Under the pieces are notes generated by a model that saw nothing but the letters and a program-made list of their open reading frames with translations, had not been told where the DNA came from and did not search any database. The position numbers and the translations under genes were made by a program. A stretch of 64,000 nucleotides of DNA from Octopus sinensis (Eukaryota), in assembly GCF_006345805.1 (NCBI RefSeq), contig NC_043002.1, positions 72,230,001 through 72,294,000 on the forward strand. The letters are read 5' to 3'. The first letter of the stretch is position 1. The number at the start of each line of letters is the position of its first letter. Shown here in pieces: positions 1 to 12,681 of this stretch.

Positions 1-480
1 GTTGGCGACTAAACCGGCAACCCCACCAAGCTTGCTTGGTGAGGAGGGTGTTTATTGGACACCCTGCGGGATGAAAAACAAAACCCGTCAAAGGGCGGAG
101 GAACTCTTGAGAGTCAACGGCCATCCAGTAAATGTCTTAAGGATGTATCAGCGCGAGGACATAGAAATAATCGGACTGAATACCCGATCGCGCGGTTAAA
201 CCATTGGGAGTGAAAGACTCCTAGCCTTTGTTAGGGCATCCTTCTGGGAGAAGGTAACTCAGGTAACTGGGATAACTCCGATATAAAACCTGCGGCTCAG
301 TGGTTACTGATGATGTTGACTTGTTCTTCTTTTCGGATTATGGCTGCTGTTGCTTAGTGAGTGGGATTGACTCAGTGCACAGCCTTTCCTCACTTTAAAA
401 AAACATCTTCTTGCACAGACATTGCACGATAACAACATTGATTAGGCTTCGTGCAATGGCCATAGTCGATAACGAGGGGG
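1..480 (+). mobile_element. Possible LINE (RTE-like) 5' UTR relic
   Basis: Higher GC than its surroundings; gggagaaggtaactc..tataaaacc resembles a motif recalled from RTE 5' UTRs. No coding support. Confidence 0.25.
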
Positions 481-708
481 CAGCCACCATTATGTATGTA
501 TGTATGTATGTATGTATGTATGTATGTACGTATGTATGTATGTATGTATGCATGCTTGCATGTATGTATGTATGTATGTATGTATGTATATATGTATGTG
601 TTGGGAATGTGTTTATATGGAATAGGTTGGACAAGACGAGACACGTTGGACAGAAAGTTATTGAAGAGGTCACAGGATGTGTGATGAAAGAACTGTGACA
701 AATAAACT

Positions 709-768
<60 letters not shown>

Positions 769-769
<1 letters not shown>

Positions 770-1290
770 GCCTGAACGTAATACCAGGCAGTGGCTCCCA
801 CGGCTTCTGATCTTAACTGATTGGAAGTGTTATCATGTACATTATTCTGTCTTGGTATAAAAGATGGACTACAGTAAATATTCTGTTCAGTACTACAGAT
901 TTGTTGTTTGACCTTAACCAGTTGAGCATGTCCCTTAATGGCTGACGATATGTGCATCTCTGATCACGAGCAGAAGTAGTTGAGTAGCATGGAGTTTGGA
1001 TAATTCACCTTTGGAAACATAGGTGTTTCGTTCAACATCCTCAAGCAACTCATATTCAGGGACCTTTTTAAGCAGGATGGGCTACTCGACCCGAACAAAA
1101 TTCTAACTGGGTCCCACCTGCAAGCTCATGTGCTGTTTATTTTGATATGAGATCACCTTGTCGCGCACATATGGTTGTGATGCATGTGCCTAGTGTACCC
1201 TTATCAGACTGGTAGTCATGATGAGTATACTGGGCTTCGTATATTTTACACCAGTGTGACTTTGATGGCATGCACTGCTCTCTCACTCAA
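769..1290 (-). mobile_element. Interspersed repeat flanked by (AAT)n, probable LINE 3' UTR
   Basis: Complex ~520-bp block with (AAT)n directly on both sides; recalled as a common octopus repeat; no ORF. Confidence 0.4.
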
Positions 1291-1322
1291 TAATAATAAT
1301 TATAATTATAATAATAATAATT

Positions 1323-1386
<64 letters not shown>

Positions 1387-1465
1387 AAGAAGAAGAAGAA
1401 GGAGGAGGAGGAGGAGGAGAAGAAGAGAAGAAGAAGAAGAAGAAGAAGAAGAAGAAGAAGAAGAA
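1290..1465. repeat. Compound trinucleotide microsatellite (AAT)(AGT)(AGA)(GGA)(AGA)
   Basis: Direct reading; source of the poly-S/R/E ORFs. Confidence 0.97.
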
Positions 1466-1526
1466 ATAAAGATCAAGTGTTTAATTGGCAAAGGATGATC
1501 ATCCAAAACAAATACAAAAGCCTGTA

Positions 1527-1563
<37 letters not shown>

Positions 1564-1567
<4 letters not shown>

Positions 1568-1850
1568 CATAAGGGACTAAAGCCATCTGAATATGGCTAG
1601 GGACAGGGCAGGGTGGTGGGGTGTTACTGTTGCATTTAGCCCCAGGCGAACATCAACGTCGCCAGATAGGCTTGACACCATCACGGTGTCCTTTAACCTG
1701 CAAAGGGAGATGCAGGTTAAAGGACACCGTGATGGTGTCAAGCCTATCTGGCGACGTTGATGTTCGCCTGGGGCTAAATGCAACAGTAACACCCCCACCA
1801 CCCTGCCCTGTCCCTAGCCATATTCAGATGGCTTTAGTCCCTTATGTTAT
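1564..1850. repeat. Long inverted repeat (139/140-bp arms, 8-bp spacer)
   Basis: 1564-1702 is the reverse complement of 1711-1850 except for a G4 versus G5 run. Confidence 0.97.
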
Positions 1851-2849
1851 GGAGCAGTTACTGTCTATATCTCATTTAGAGAATTATTATATATATATAT
1901 ATATATATATGTGACATTTAGTTGGTTCTAATAATAAAACTCAGAGTTTCAGATACCGGAGATGAAGCCCGCCCCGGCATCTAATCAGTTATTATGATAA
2001 AACGCTATAAAATAAAATAAACCGTTAAATAAAGGGAAATTACTCCAATAGGCATAGTGAAAGTAATACTTCATTCATAGAATCCGCATATGCACACATA
2101 CACACACACATACATGTACGCACACAGACACATGTATGCATATATATCTATATACATATTCACACACGCGTGTACATATACATACAAACACACAAATATA
2201 CATATATATGCCTACGTATACACGCACACACACACATACATACGCGGATATACAAAACGTGGTTTATACGCATATGCATATACATACGCGGAAAACGTAT
2301 ATACAAATAAAAAGACATACGTAAAAACGCACGCATCAAAATACTCACATATCTATACGCACATGCACATGCATACACGGATATACAAAACGTAGTGAAT
2401 ACGCACATGCACATAAATACGCGGATAGACATATATACATATAAAAACACATACGCAAAAAAAAACATAAACCGTAAAACATTAACCATCGCCGCAGAAC
2501 TTGAATATACAAATGAGTTATATACGTAGGTACACAAATACACCCCCACTGTCTGACGAACACATCTACACCTGCAGATATATAACATATATACACACAT
2601 ATATGTGTGTATGAAGGAAAGAGACAAGTACAACGAATAGATTCTTGCACTCGTATATATACAATCATTCGTACACAATGTGTATATGCACACATATATA
2701 CATTAGGTATATAGTACATGTGTATAAGTTACATAATATACAGAAAAATATGTAAAGTAATAAAATATATATATATAAGTATAAAGGATGCTAAGACATG
2801 TAAAAGGGTTATACGTGGGTATTGTATAATATAAAAAGCAGGTTCTATC

Positions 2850-3290
2850 TGTAAACTTGGAGGAGGGGTCCAAAAATGTAGCAAATGTTTTGCCTTATGT
2901 AGACATGACCCGAAAAGTTCAGTTCTTGAATTTAGACATGTAGCGGGGTCTAAAGAACTTTAGCCATCTTTCCATATCGCAAAGACCGCACTTTTCACAG
3001 CCGTTGGTGTAAGGCTTACACTTGGCCAAGATCTTCCAGTAGATCTTATAGCTGACACCTTTTTTCTTTTAAGGACCATATATAACTGGATAATTTGGCT
3101 GTTTTCTTTTTATCCCAGTGTCTAAAGCTTATGGTGTGATTGTTGAACCTGGCTTTAAAATTTCCCTCTGTGAGACCCACATATTTCTTTGAAGAATGCT
3201 ACATAAAGTTAAGTTGGTATGGAGCTTTCTGAAAGATATGTATAGCTTTCGCTAGTGGAGGCAAAACACTTATTTAAAGGTTGATTCTTT
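2850..3290 (-). mobile_element. Naiad-type PLE GIY-YIG relic (not in ORF track)
   Basis: Minus strand reads KKYVGLTEGNFKARFNNHTISFRH..AKLSSYIWSLKKKGVSYKIYWKILAKCKPYTNGCEKCGLCDMER, then after a frameshift RTELFGSCLHKAKH. Confidence 0.85.
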
Positions 3291-3559
3291 CGAACGAATC
3301 ATACGTGATTGTTTAGAAAAAGCTAGAACAACAATGCTAAGACGTATTTGAAACAATGAACAACAATCGAAATATCATAATGGATGGGTAAATAAGCATC
3401 CTTAAAGTAAAACAACGCATTGGTAGGTAAAGAAATGTAATTTGATGACCGTCGCTGGTGGACAGTGGAAATAAATAAATAAACAAAATCCTTTCTCTTT
3501 CATAAAAAGATTTTTAAAGGATGAAAGAGCCTACATACAAAAAACTATGTTCGTTTATG

Positions 3560-3719
3560 TCTATTTACGCAGGAGTGCAAGGCAAAATGTTATAGTGCAT
3601 GACCATCCTTGGGATATAAGGTATGTGTGTGTAAAGTTTAGTGAAAATCGGTTGAGAATCGTGGAAATGCATGCGTTAATCCTTATGCACACACATACTG
3701 TGATTTATATATACTAGAT
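3560..3719 (+). mobile_element. HINE-like 3' fragment
   Basis: gtaaagtttagtgaaaatcggttgagaatcgtgg...ttatatatactagat resembles the 3' part of 50675-51050. Confidence 0.4.
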
Positions 3720-3764
3720 ACGCACACACGCACACACACACACGCATACATACATATATATATA

Positions 3765-3808
<44 letters not shown>

Positions 3809-4750
3809 ATATACGACGGGTTTACCAAATTCACTCTGAGTTCTATAGTAGAAGTTACTTGCTCAATAGGACTGTCACGCAATAGGACTGAACCCGGAAC
3901 AATATGGTAGGGAAGCAAGCTTCTAACCATGCCTCTTATTGATAGATTATATGTAAAAGAAGTTACTAAATTCTCGTCCCTGGGACCGAATTGTTCGTTA
4001 TTAGTCCATTCTCCCAATAAAATAGCTCTCAGCAGATTAACAAAGGGTAAAAAAAAAACCTGATCAATAATTGTCTCACTCCCCACAATATTTTTTTCCA
4101 ATTTTTGGCACAGGGCCGGTAATTTTGAGAGGAGGAGATGCCGATTATGTCGACCTAAGCGTTCAACTGGTGTTTATTTTATAAGCCCCTGAAAGAGTGA
4201 AAGGCAAAATTGAACACAGCAGCATTTGAACGCACAACATAAGTCAGGAAGAAATGCCGCTCAGCATTTTACCTGACGTGCTAACCGATTCCGCCAGCTT
4301 GCCGACCTACAGGTCACCTTATTATAGAATCAATTTAATTTTCTTGAAGTACTTTGTTTTGGACTAATGATATGAAACGACTAACGTTAAAGAGCACATT
4401 GCATGTAGCCTCCATTCAAAACCTCACGAATATAAAAAAAATCAACTACGACTCATGCATATTTATACACAGTTTCTTCATCATTAGAATATTTATTTAC
4501 AATAGCTCTCTATCAATTAACCTCGTCTTAACCTCGTCTAATGGGCAAATCTCTTAACATGGTTATTCCCTTGAATTTTTCAAATAGTTGCACGAGGGAA
4601 AAGAATCTGACATTTGTTTATCATGCCCTCAATTCTCAATTTTTGCTCTTATCTTCCTATGATTCTATCAACCGCCATCATTAACTCTCTATGTCTCGAT
4701 CTGTTCTCGTTAATCATTTTTTTTTCTGTTTTTCTCTGACTCTGTCTCTG

Positions 4751-4784
<34 letters not shown>

Positions 4785-5645
4785 TCTCTTTCTCCTTCTC
4801 TCTCTTTCTCTCTCTCTCTCTCTCCTTGTGTGTAAGACTATGTATACATACATATGTGTGCACATGTATGTATATGTGTATAAATATACTTATGTGCGTA
4901 TAAATGCATGTGTACGTTATGTGTATGCACATATATATCATGTATTTATGTAATTATGAATGTATGCACGCATATAAGTATGTCATTATTCAGATTTATT
5001 TCAAGATGCCTTCCCAATAGAGAAAGAGCCGGTTTCTAACCTAGATCCAAGGTTCCTTCATTGGAATTTCAACAACATCAACTGTGTGTTTTTGTATGTA
5101 TGCATTACGTATGTATGTATGCATTACGTATGTATGTATGCATTACGTATGTATGTATGTATGTGTGCAGATCTGTATGTTTTGTTTTATGTATGTATTC
5201 TTATGCATATAGCTGCATATCTAGACATGCTCATATATACTTAAATGATAAACGTCTGGAAAGTTTTTCAGTTTTTTACAGTTCAAGTGATGAATTGGAT
5301 TTGTAGTCTTCGGATCAGCTTTCTCCTTTCTGGTTTTCAGAAGCCTAATTTCGCAAGATCGGCATTTAGGCAGTATGTTACATACCTCAGTGCCCCAATA
5401 ATTACGGGTGTAAACCTGAGCTGGTAATGTGGATAGAGTAACTGTAAATTTCTCCTTTACAAGTCTACCGCCTATGTCTCCGGTTTGAGAATGACTTATT
5501 ACATCCCCCTTATCACTCTCAGCTACAGACTACAGAAGACAACACTGATGTCCTTTTTTATGTCAGGCCTAAGCTGTAGTAAATGACATAGAGACCTTGA
5601 AGATATCAGCCCTGGGCTAGAGTAGCTGACACTGATGTTCTCAAT

Positions 5646-6064
5646 AGGCGTAGGAGTGGCTGTGTGGTAAGTAGCTAGCTTATGAACCACATGGTACCGG
5701 GTTCAGTCCTACTCCGTGGCACCTTTGGCAAGTGTCTTCTACTATAGCCTCGGGCCAACCAAAGCCTTGTGAGTGGATTTGGTAGACAGAAACTGAAAGA
5801 AGCCCGTCGAATGTATATATATATATATATTATATATATATATATATGGGGGGGCTGTATGTTTGTGTGTCTGTGTTTGTCCCCCCAACATCGCTTGACA
5901 ACCGATTCTGGTGTGTTTACGTCCCCGTAACTTAGCGGTTCGGCAAAAGAGACCGATAGAATAAGTACTAGGTTTACAAAGAATAATTACTGGGGAAATA
6001 TGCTAGACTAAAGGCGATGCTCCAGCATGGCCACAGTCAAATGACTGTAACAGGTAAAAGAGTA
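5646..6064 (+). mobile_element. tRNA-derived SINE family A, full length
   Basis: A-box-like tggctgtgtggt, B-box-like ggttcagtcc, internal microsatellite, (gtaaaaga)n tail; more than 15 full or partial copies in the window. Confidence 0.85.
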
Positions 6065-8436
6065 ATACATCAGTGTGTGTGTGTACGTATATGTGTGTGT
6101 GTGTGCGAGCGCGCGTGCGTGCATGCGCGTCAGCCTTAGACTATAGTAAAGGACAAGAAGGTTCTGAATATGTCAGCCTTAGGAGATAACAGAAGACGCG
6201 GAGGAAGATGCTGAGCTAGAACATGGAAGACCTGAACATGTCAGCTCAAAGCTAGAGCAGAATACAGTTTTAAGCTCTAGAAGACACTTTCCTTATCTAT
6301 ATGTTAATGGTCTTCAATCCGAAGCTAAATTGTTTCAAAACAAACTTCTAAATAGCTCAGCCATGGCCGCGCCAATTTTGAAAGACCAAAGAAAAAATCT
6401 TCATCAGAAGTTAACAGAATAACTATTAACGATGTCTGCCTTTGAATCATTGTATTAAAATTAGATCTTCATTAGTGTTCTGATGAACCAAAATGTAATT
6501 GTTACTTTCAAATCTAAACGATAATATGTTTGAAGTGTAGTTTCAATCAATTGTTTTCTTTAAATTAAAATCGTTTAATTAAAATCTTCCATCGCTGATA
6601 ACTTCTGTTTAGAGTCTTGTACCACTTACATACTTTAGGTTGTCGGTATTAAGTAAAAAGAAAATATTTAAAAATGACATCTGCGTTGGCTATACTTTAT
6701 TAATCTTTTTTCTGATAACCAGATTTATGTTTCAGCTCCTGATATATGTGAACTTCCATTTATTAAGATATAATGCAATACTAAAGACATGACCCTGTTT
6801 ACATATTTATGTTTGTTGAAACCTGTAAAGTAAACAAGAGACGGATTCAGAACAACCGTTCAATTTCAGTTACAACCATATTTTATCTAAATTGACAAGT
6901 TTCTTTAACAGGTAGACTGCTACCTACATGATATCGTCAGCGATCAAAAGAGCTAAAATCTTTCTCCACCATGTAAAACGTTGCCTACATATTAGCAGTA
7001 GGGGACAAATTGAATTCAAATGACCTGACCAAGTTGTTAACATTTTCGTAAATGAGTTTTCTGTTGTAGGACAACAAATTTTTGCTTTCGTAAAACAGAA
7101 ATGTCAACTGCATATTTTAAAACAAAAATGTATAAAAAATCAATTATGCGATTATACGGTGTTGTCGTAGTCGCAAAAGTGAAATTACCATGTCATATTG
7201 AATTAACTTTGATTTATAAATCAAGTGTCATTTTACAGGTATTGTACAATTTCATTTTCTAGTTGAAGTGAAAGAACAGTTTCACTGGTTAGATCTGTTA
7301 ACTCAATTAGTTTGACTGATGATATAATAACATTTGTAACTAGCTAAAAATTAATTTGAGATTAATTATCAAACGATACAGACTATCAAATTCATTTAAC
7401 TTAGTTGTCTTTGTTGTAAATATTTGCTTGTATAGTTTATTGTTGCTTGTGAAGAAAGTGGTGAGTAATTAAAGGAATTATTTTTTGTTAGTTTCCTATC
7501 CTAAACCTGGTTCGTTTGACATCTCTGGTAAAGTAATGCTTAATCAACTCTTTCTAAAGTCATGGTCCACTAGGCTACGAGACATTACTTGTACATGTAG
7601 AAAACAAAGAATAAGTATGTAGGTATAGATGGATATCTATGTGTGCGTGTGTGTCTATGCAAACGTATTACACGCGTGCGTGTAATACGACGGACTTCTT
7701 TCTGATTTCACCTACCACATCCACTTACAAGTTTTTGGTCGGCCCGGGGCTGTACTAGAAGACATTTGCCCAAGGTGCCACGCCGTGGGACTGAACTCGG
7801 AATCATGTGATTGAGAAGCAAGCTTCCTACCACACAGCTAGCTATTCATAAATTACCAGTGGATGAGTAATGCCGTTGTCTTTACCACCACCGTCGTCAA
7901 CTATGAAATGGATGCGTCTTTGACAATAATGTTAGCAACCAATAGGAGTAAATCAGAACAATTAAAAACGATTATTTAAACCGTATTGAGGCACTCTGTT
8001 CTCTGTTCCCTGTTCTTGTCGGCTTTTCTCTCCGTACCATTATCAGACTGAAAATCGTTCAATGTGTATCGAAAGAAACTTAAAACTTAACCACCATAAC
8101 CACCACCACCCGGCCATGATCTGGTCGATCAACTTACTAAAAATAACAGCCAAACTCTTCTCAGTAAAGAAACGACTTAACGTTCATAATGAGAAATATG
8201 GGGTGGCATATTGGATAATGTAATCCGAGGAATACTAGGATTGGAAATAAAAGGAAATGGTCATAGCGGGAACATAGGTATGGTTAAGTATTCAAAATGT
8301 CAGATCCGTTACTTCATACGTACAATAAAACTTCCTCAACCTTCTCCCCTCCTTCATTCTCTTACTCTGTCTGTCTGCTCTGGCTGTGTGTCACTCTGTC
8401 TCTATTTCTCTCTCTCTCTCTCTTTCTCCTTCTCCA

Positions 8437-8468
<32 letters not shown>

Positions 8469-9464
8469 AATATCTCTCTCTCCCTTTCGTATAATTACGA
8501 AGCAGGCCATCATCACTTTCCTAGGATTTCGGAATTTACTCAAACATAGCTAACCTGGACTTAAACAAAAACAGCAAGAGGGCGCAATGGCCCAGTGGTT
8601 AGGGCAGCAGACTCACGGTCGTAAGAACGTGGTTTCGATTCCCAGACCGAGTATTGTGAGTGTTTATTGGCTCCGGTGGGAGGGGGTGAACCCCGCTGTA
8701 CTCTTTCACTACAACTTTCTCTCACACTTTCTTCCTACTTCTGCCACAAAGCAGAGGAACCATGGTGTAACCCAATATGGTGTGGTAAACTTTGAGACTC
8801 TAGTCTAGATTGCGAATCCTCTGTACCCCAGGATGGTTCAGCTCTCCACCCGTTAAAAGCCACCGTTTACGGAATGAGGATAACTACGTAGCTTCTGCGC
8901 CCGTGCAACCGCCAGTCTATCGCGTGCAGTGGGTGGATCTTCAAGTTGCCACACGCATTCTTAGTAGTTTAGAGTAGGCTCGAATTGGAGATTATTCTTT
9001 GTGGCTAATGGCGTGAGTCCTGATTGGAAGAAGAAGAAGAAGAAGAAGAAGAAGAAGAGGACAGCATCAACAGCAACAGCGAATTTGCATGAACGTTCGA
9101 ATTTGACTCTGGACAGTTGTTGCCAGATTTGATGTCTACAAACAGCATATTTTTCTCTTCAGTTAATTACATTTTATTCTAATGAATATTTACATTTTTT
9201 TACTCTTTTTTCTCTTTTTTTTTTGTCTTGCATTTCTATAGAAACATATCCTTAATAGATTCCTGGTTTCACGGAGACATCAATGTAATGAAGTAATTTG
9301 CTTAAACACATTTTCTGTTTTTTTTTTTTACAATGGCACTGGCATTAGCAATTAGCAAATGAACTAGTCCTCCGTTATTAATATTCTATTAAAGTAAGAG
9401 TTTTGCAACGACAGTCTTTCAGCCTCTCTTTTCCATTCTCACTCTCTCACAACTTATCTATCAA

Positions 9465-9654
9465 TATATATATGTATATGTATGTGTGTATGTATATATG
9501 TGTGTGTGTGAGTATCTGTGTGTATGTCTATGTGTGTGTGCGTATGTGCTTGTATGTATATATATATATATGTATATATATGTATATGTATATATATGTA
9601 CATATGTATATATGTATGCGTATATATATATGTATATATATATATTATATATAT

Positions 9655-9692
<38 letters not shown>

Positions 9693-9729
9693 CAATATGT
9701 ATATGTATGTGTATATATATGTATATATA

Positions 9730-9767
<38 letters not shown>

Positions 9768-9957
9768 TATGTACAATATGTATATATGTATGTGTATATA
9801 TATGTATATATATATAAGCATACATGTTTATATTCATATGAATGTATGTGCACATGTACGTATATATGTGTGTATATATATATATACACACAGAGTGAGA
9901 GATGCTTGTACGTATGTGTGTGTGGGAGTGTATGTGTGTGTGTGTGTGTGTGGTGTG

Positions 9958-10017
<60 letters not shown>

Positions 10018-10030
10018 GTATCTATGTATG
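9465..10030. repeat. Large (TA)n/(TG)n microsatellite block
   Basis: Direct reading; representative of dozens of such blocks (e.g. 492-598, 21560-21780, 35310-35430, 38405-38592, 59560-59965). Confidence 0.97.
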
Positions 10031-11634
10031 TCAGTCTCTCTTTCAAGCTATCCTCTATCGCGTAATCTATTCACGCAGTTTTGTTCTTCCCCCGTCCTTC
10101 TTCTATATCCATTGTTCAGAAACCATACCCGTTAATGAAATCCCTGATCGCAATTAATCACCAATTAGTTTCTAAACTATACATCTGCACGACTCCGATA
10201 AGCTGCTATTAAGATAATTAGTGAGTTTATGCTCATTTGAAATACAACGTGAACGGTTATACCAGTTTCGTTCTGTATCAAGTAAATCCTATACTTTGAG
10301 ACAACCTGTAGAAGCACGCAACGAAACAACTTTCGTGCAACCTTAGAATATATTTCTTCTCCCTTTTTTTTCTTCCTCTTCTCTTATTTTTATTCTTCAA
10401 AATCTCCTCTGTGCATTATCCATTGTTCTCCATTCTTTAAAATCATTTCTATATTATCCAACCTTCTTTTTTGTAAAGTTTCCCTACATTATAGCTTCAA
10501 TTTTCTATCGAATACTTTCCATGCTGGTCATCAATTCTTTCTTAATTCTTCGATGTAGTTTTCAGGTTTTTTAAAAAAGTTTTTATGCAATATTCGATGT
10601 TGTTCATACGGATGCGATATTTTTCTTGTTGTGATAGCTGGTGCAATATTTTTATCGTTCTTGTTTTCCATGCAGATGCAATTTGTTTTACAAGTCGTTT
10701 TTACTTTTTATACAGTTTTTGTAGTTATTTTCCTTTGCATCGATAAACCCCGGTATATATTATGTCTCCTCCAGTATTTTCATTTTCAAATATATCACGT
10801 AACACTAGTGGTATTATTATTATTATTATTATTGTTCCTATTACACCATCCTCAAAATGTCCCCATGTATTGGCATGTCTCAGAACATGATCACATTTTT
10901 TAGTACATGCTTATACCTTTTCTTTTCTGTTGATACTTCATATCATACTACTTGAATAATTTCTGGTGTATGTAAACTACAACTCTGCGAGGTCTGTATG
11001 TTTATTCGCTTTTGATCAAAAGCAGGCAGGCAGGAAAAAATGTGATTAATCCTTCTACAGATCCTGCAGTTACTTATTGTATTTCGCTTCATTATATGTT
11101 TTTCGTAGCTTCTGAGAGGAGGATACGAATATCAATATAACCAGGTTAAACAAAATAACCACAACCATAGTAGCTGATTACTCTAAGATCTACTCTTACA
11201 GGAATATGCAAAGCGAAGTAAATAACATGGGAAACAATCGCAGAGAAAGATATATAAAGCAAAACATCTCCCAATCCTTAATGAAATCAACAACGGAACA
11301 ACATAATTAAAAGGAGAATAAAAAGAAGGAGAGACAAATACATCAGAAACAGAAGACAACAAAAACGTATTCGAACTAGAAGAACGACTAAGATCCGCAA
11401 AGGTCTTTTGCAACCACCTGGTTCTAGGTTCAGTTTCCCTGCGTGTAACCTTGGGCAAGTGTTTTTTAATATAATCGTGAACTAACAAATGCCTTGTGAG
11501 TGAATTTGGCTGGCAGAAACTGAGAATCCAATCACACACACAAACGTATACATTTGTATGTATGTATGTATGTATGTATGTATGTATGTATGTATGTATG
11601 TATGTATGTATGTATGAGGGAGTGTATGTGTATA

Positions 11635-11706
<72 letters not shown>

Positions 11707-11707
<1 letters not shown>

Positions 11708-12484
11708 ACTAAAAATAAGGGTATCTAAGAGACACCACCATGCCGAAATAGCAGTCAAAATCCTGACTTTAAAAACCACGTTAAATGTTCATGTCGTACC
11801 ATGAGATAAGACAGAGGGACAAAATAGGCTAGCAAAAAATATTATTGAATAATTCAAGATCCAGGATTTCTGGTTTTGCTTTAAATAAGCTTTACCGTCA
11901 TCGACTGAATATATCAGGAGCACATAAATACAGATATATATATGCAGGACAAACGATATACTTACATATACGAACGTCCATACATACATATATATGCACG
12001 TATGCACAAGGCCAGTTAAATTGCCCGCCAAAACACCTCATAAGCACGATATGGTCAAAATAAACACCGCAGTGAATATAAATTTTATAAATTTATGTAA
12101 TTCGTCATTATATTCACTGCGGTGTTTATTTTGAACATATCGTGCTTATGAGGTGTTTTGGCGGGCAATTTAACTGGCCTTGTGCATACGTGCATATATA
12201 TGTATGTATGGACGTTCGTATATGTAAGTTTATCGTTTGTTCTGCATATATATATATCTGTATTTATGTGCTCCTGATATATTCAGTCGATGACGGTAAA
12301 GCTTATTTAAAGCAAAACCAGAAATCCTGGATCTTGAATTATTCAATAATACTTTTTGCTAGTCTATTTTGTCCCTCTGTCTTATCTCATGGTACGACAT
12401 GAACATTTAACGTGGTTTTTAAAGTCAGGGTTTTGACTGCTATTTCGGCATGGTGGTGTCTCTTAGATACCCTTATTTTTAGTT
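11707..12484. repeat. Long inverted repeat (375/377-bp arms, 26-bp spacer)
   Basis: 11707-12081 versus 12108-12484; about six substitutions and one TA indel counted. Confidence 0.97.
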
Positions 12485-12597
12485 GTAAAAAATTATTACC
12501 TTTGTACGGTATTTTTTCCCATACTGGCACTTGATTAATATCGATATTTAAAAATATTTATAAATATATATATATATTTATAAATATTATAAATATA

Positions 12598-12628
<31 letters not shown>

Positions 12629-12643
12629 AATATTTATAAATAT

Positions 12644-12680
<37 letters not shown>

Positions 12681-12681
<1 letters not shown>

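Noticed and set aside
6183-6422. ~80-codon open frame on the plus strand (EITEDAEEDAELEH...)
   Set aside because: No start or splice support and no recognisable homology; this length is within chance expectation.
10330-10960. Possible coding relics in skewed regions (also 15200-15430 and 23000-23520)
   Set aside because: Short stop-ridden peptides with no recognisable motif.
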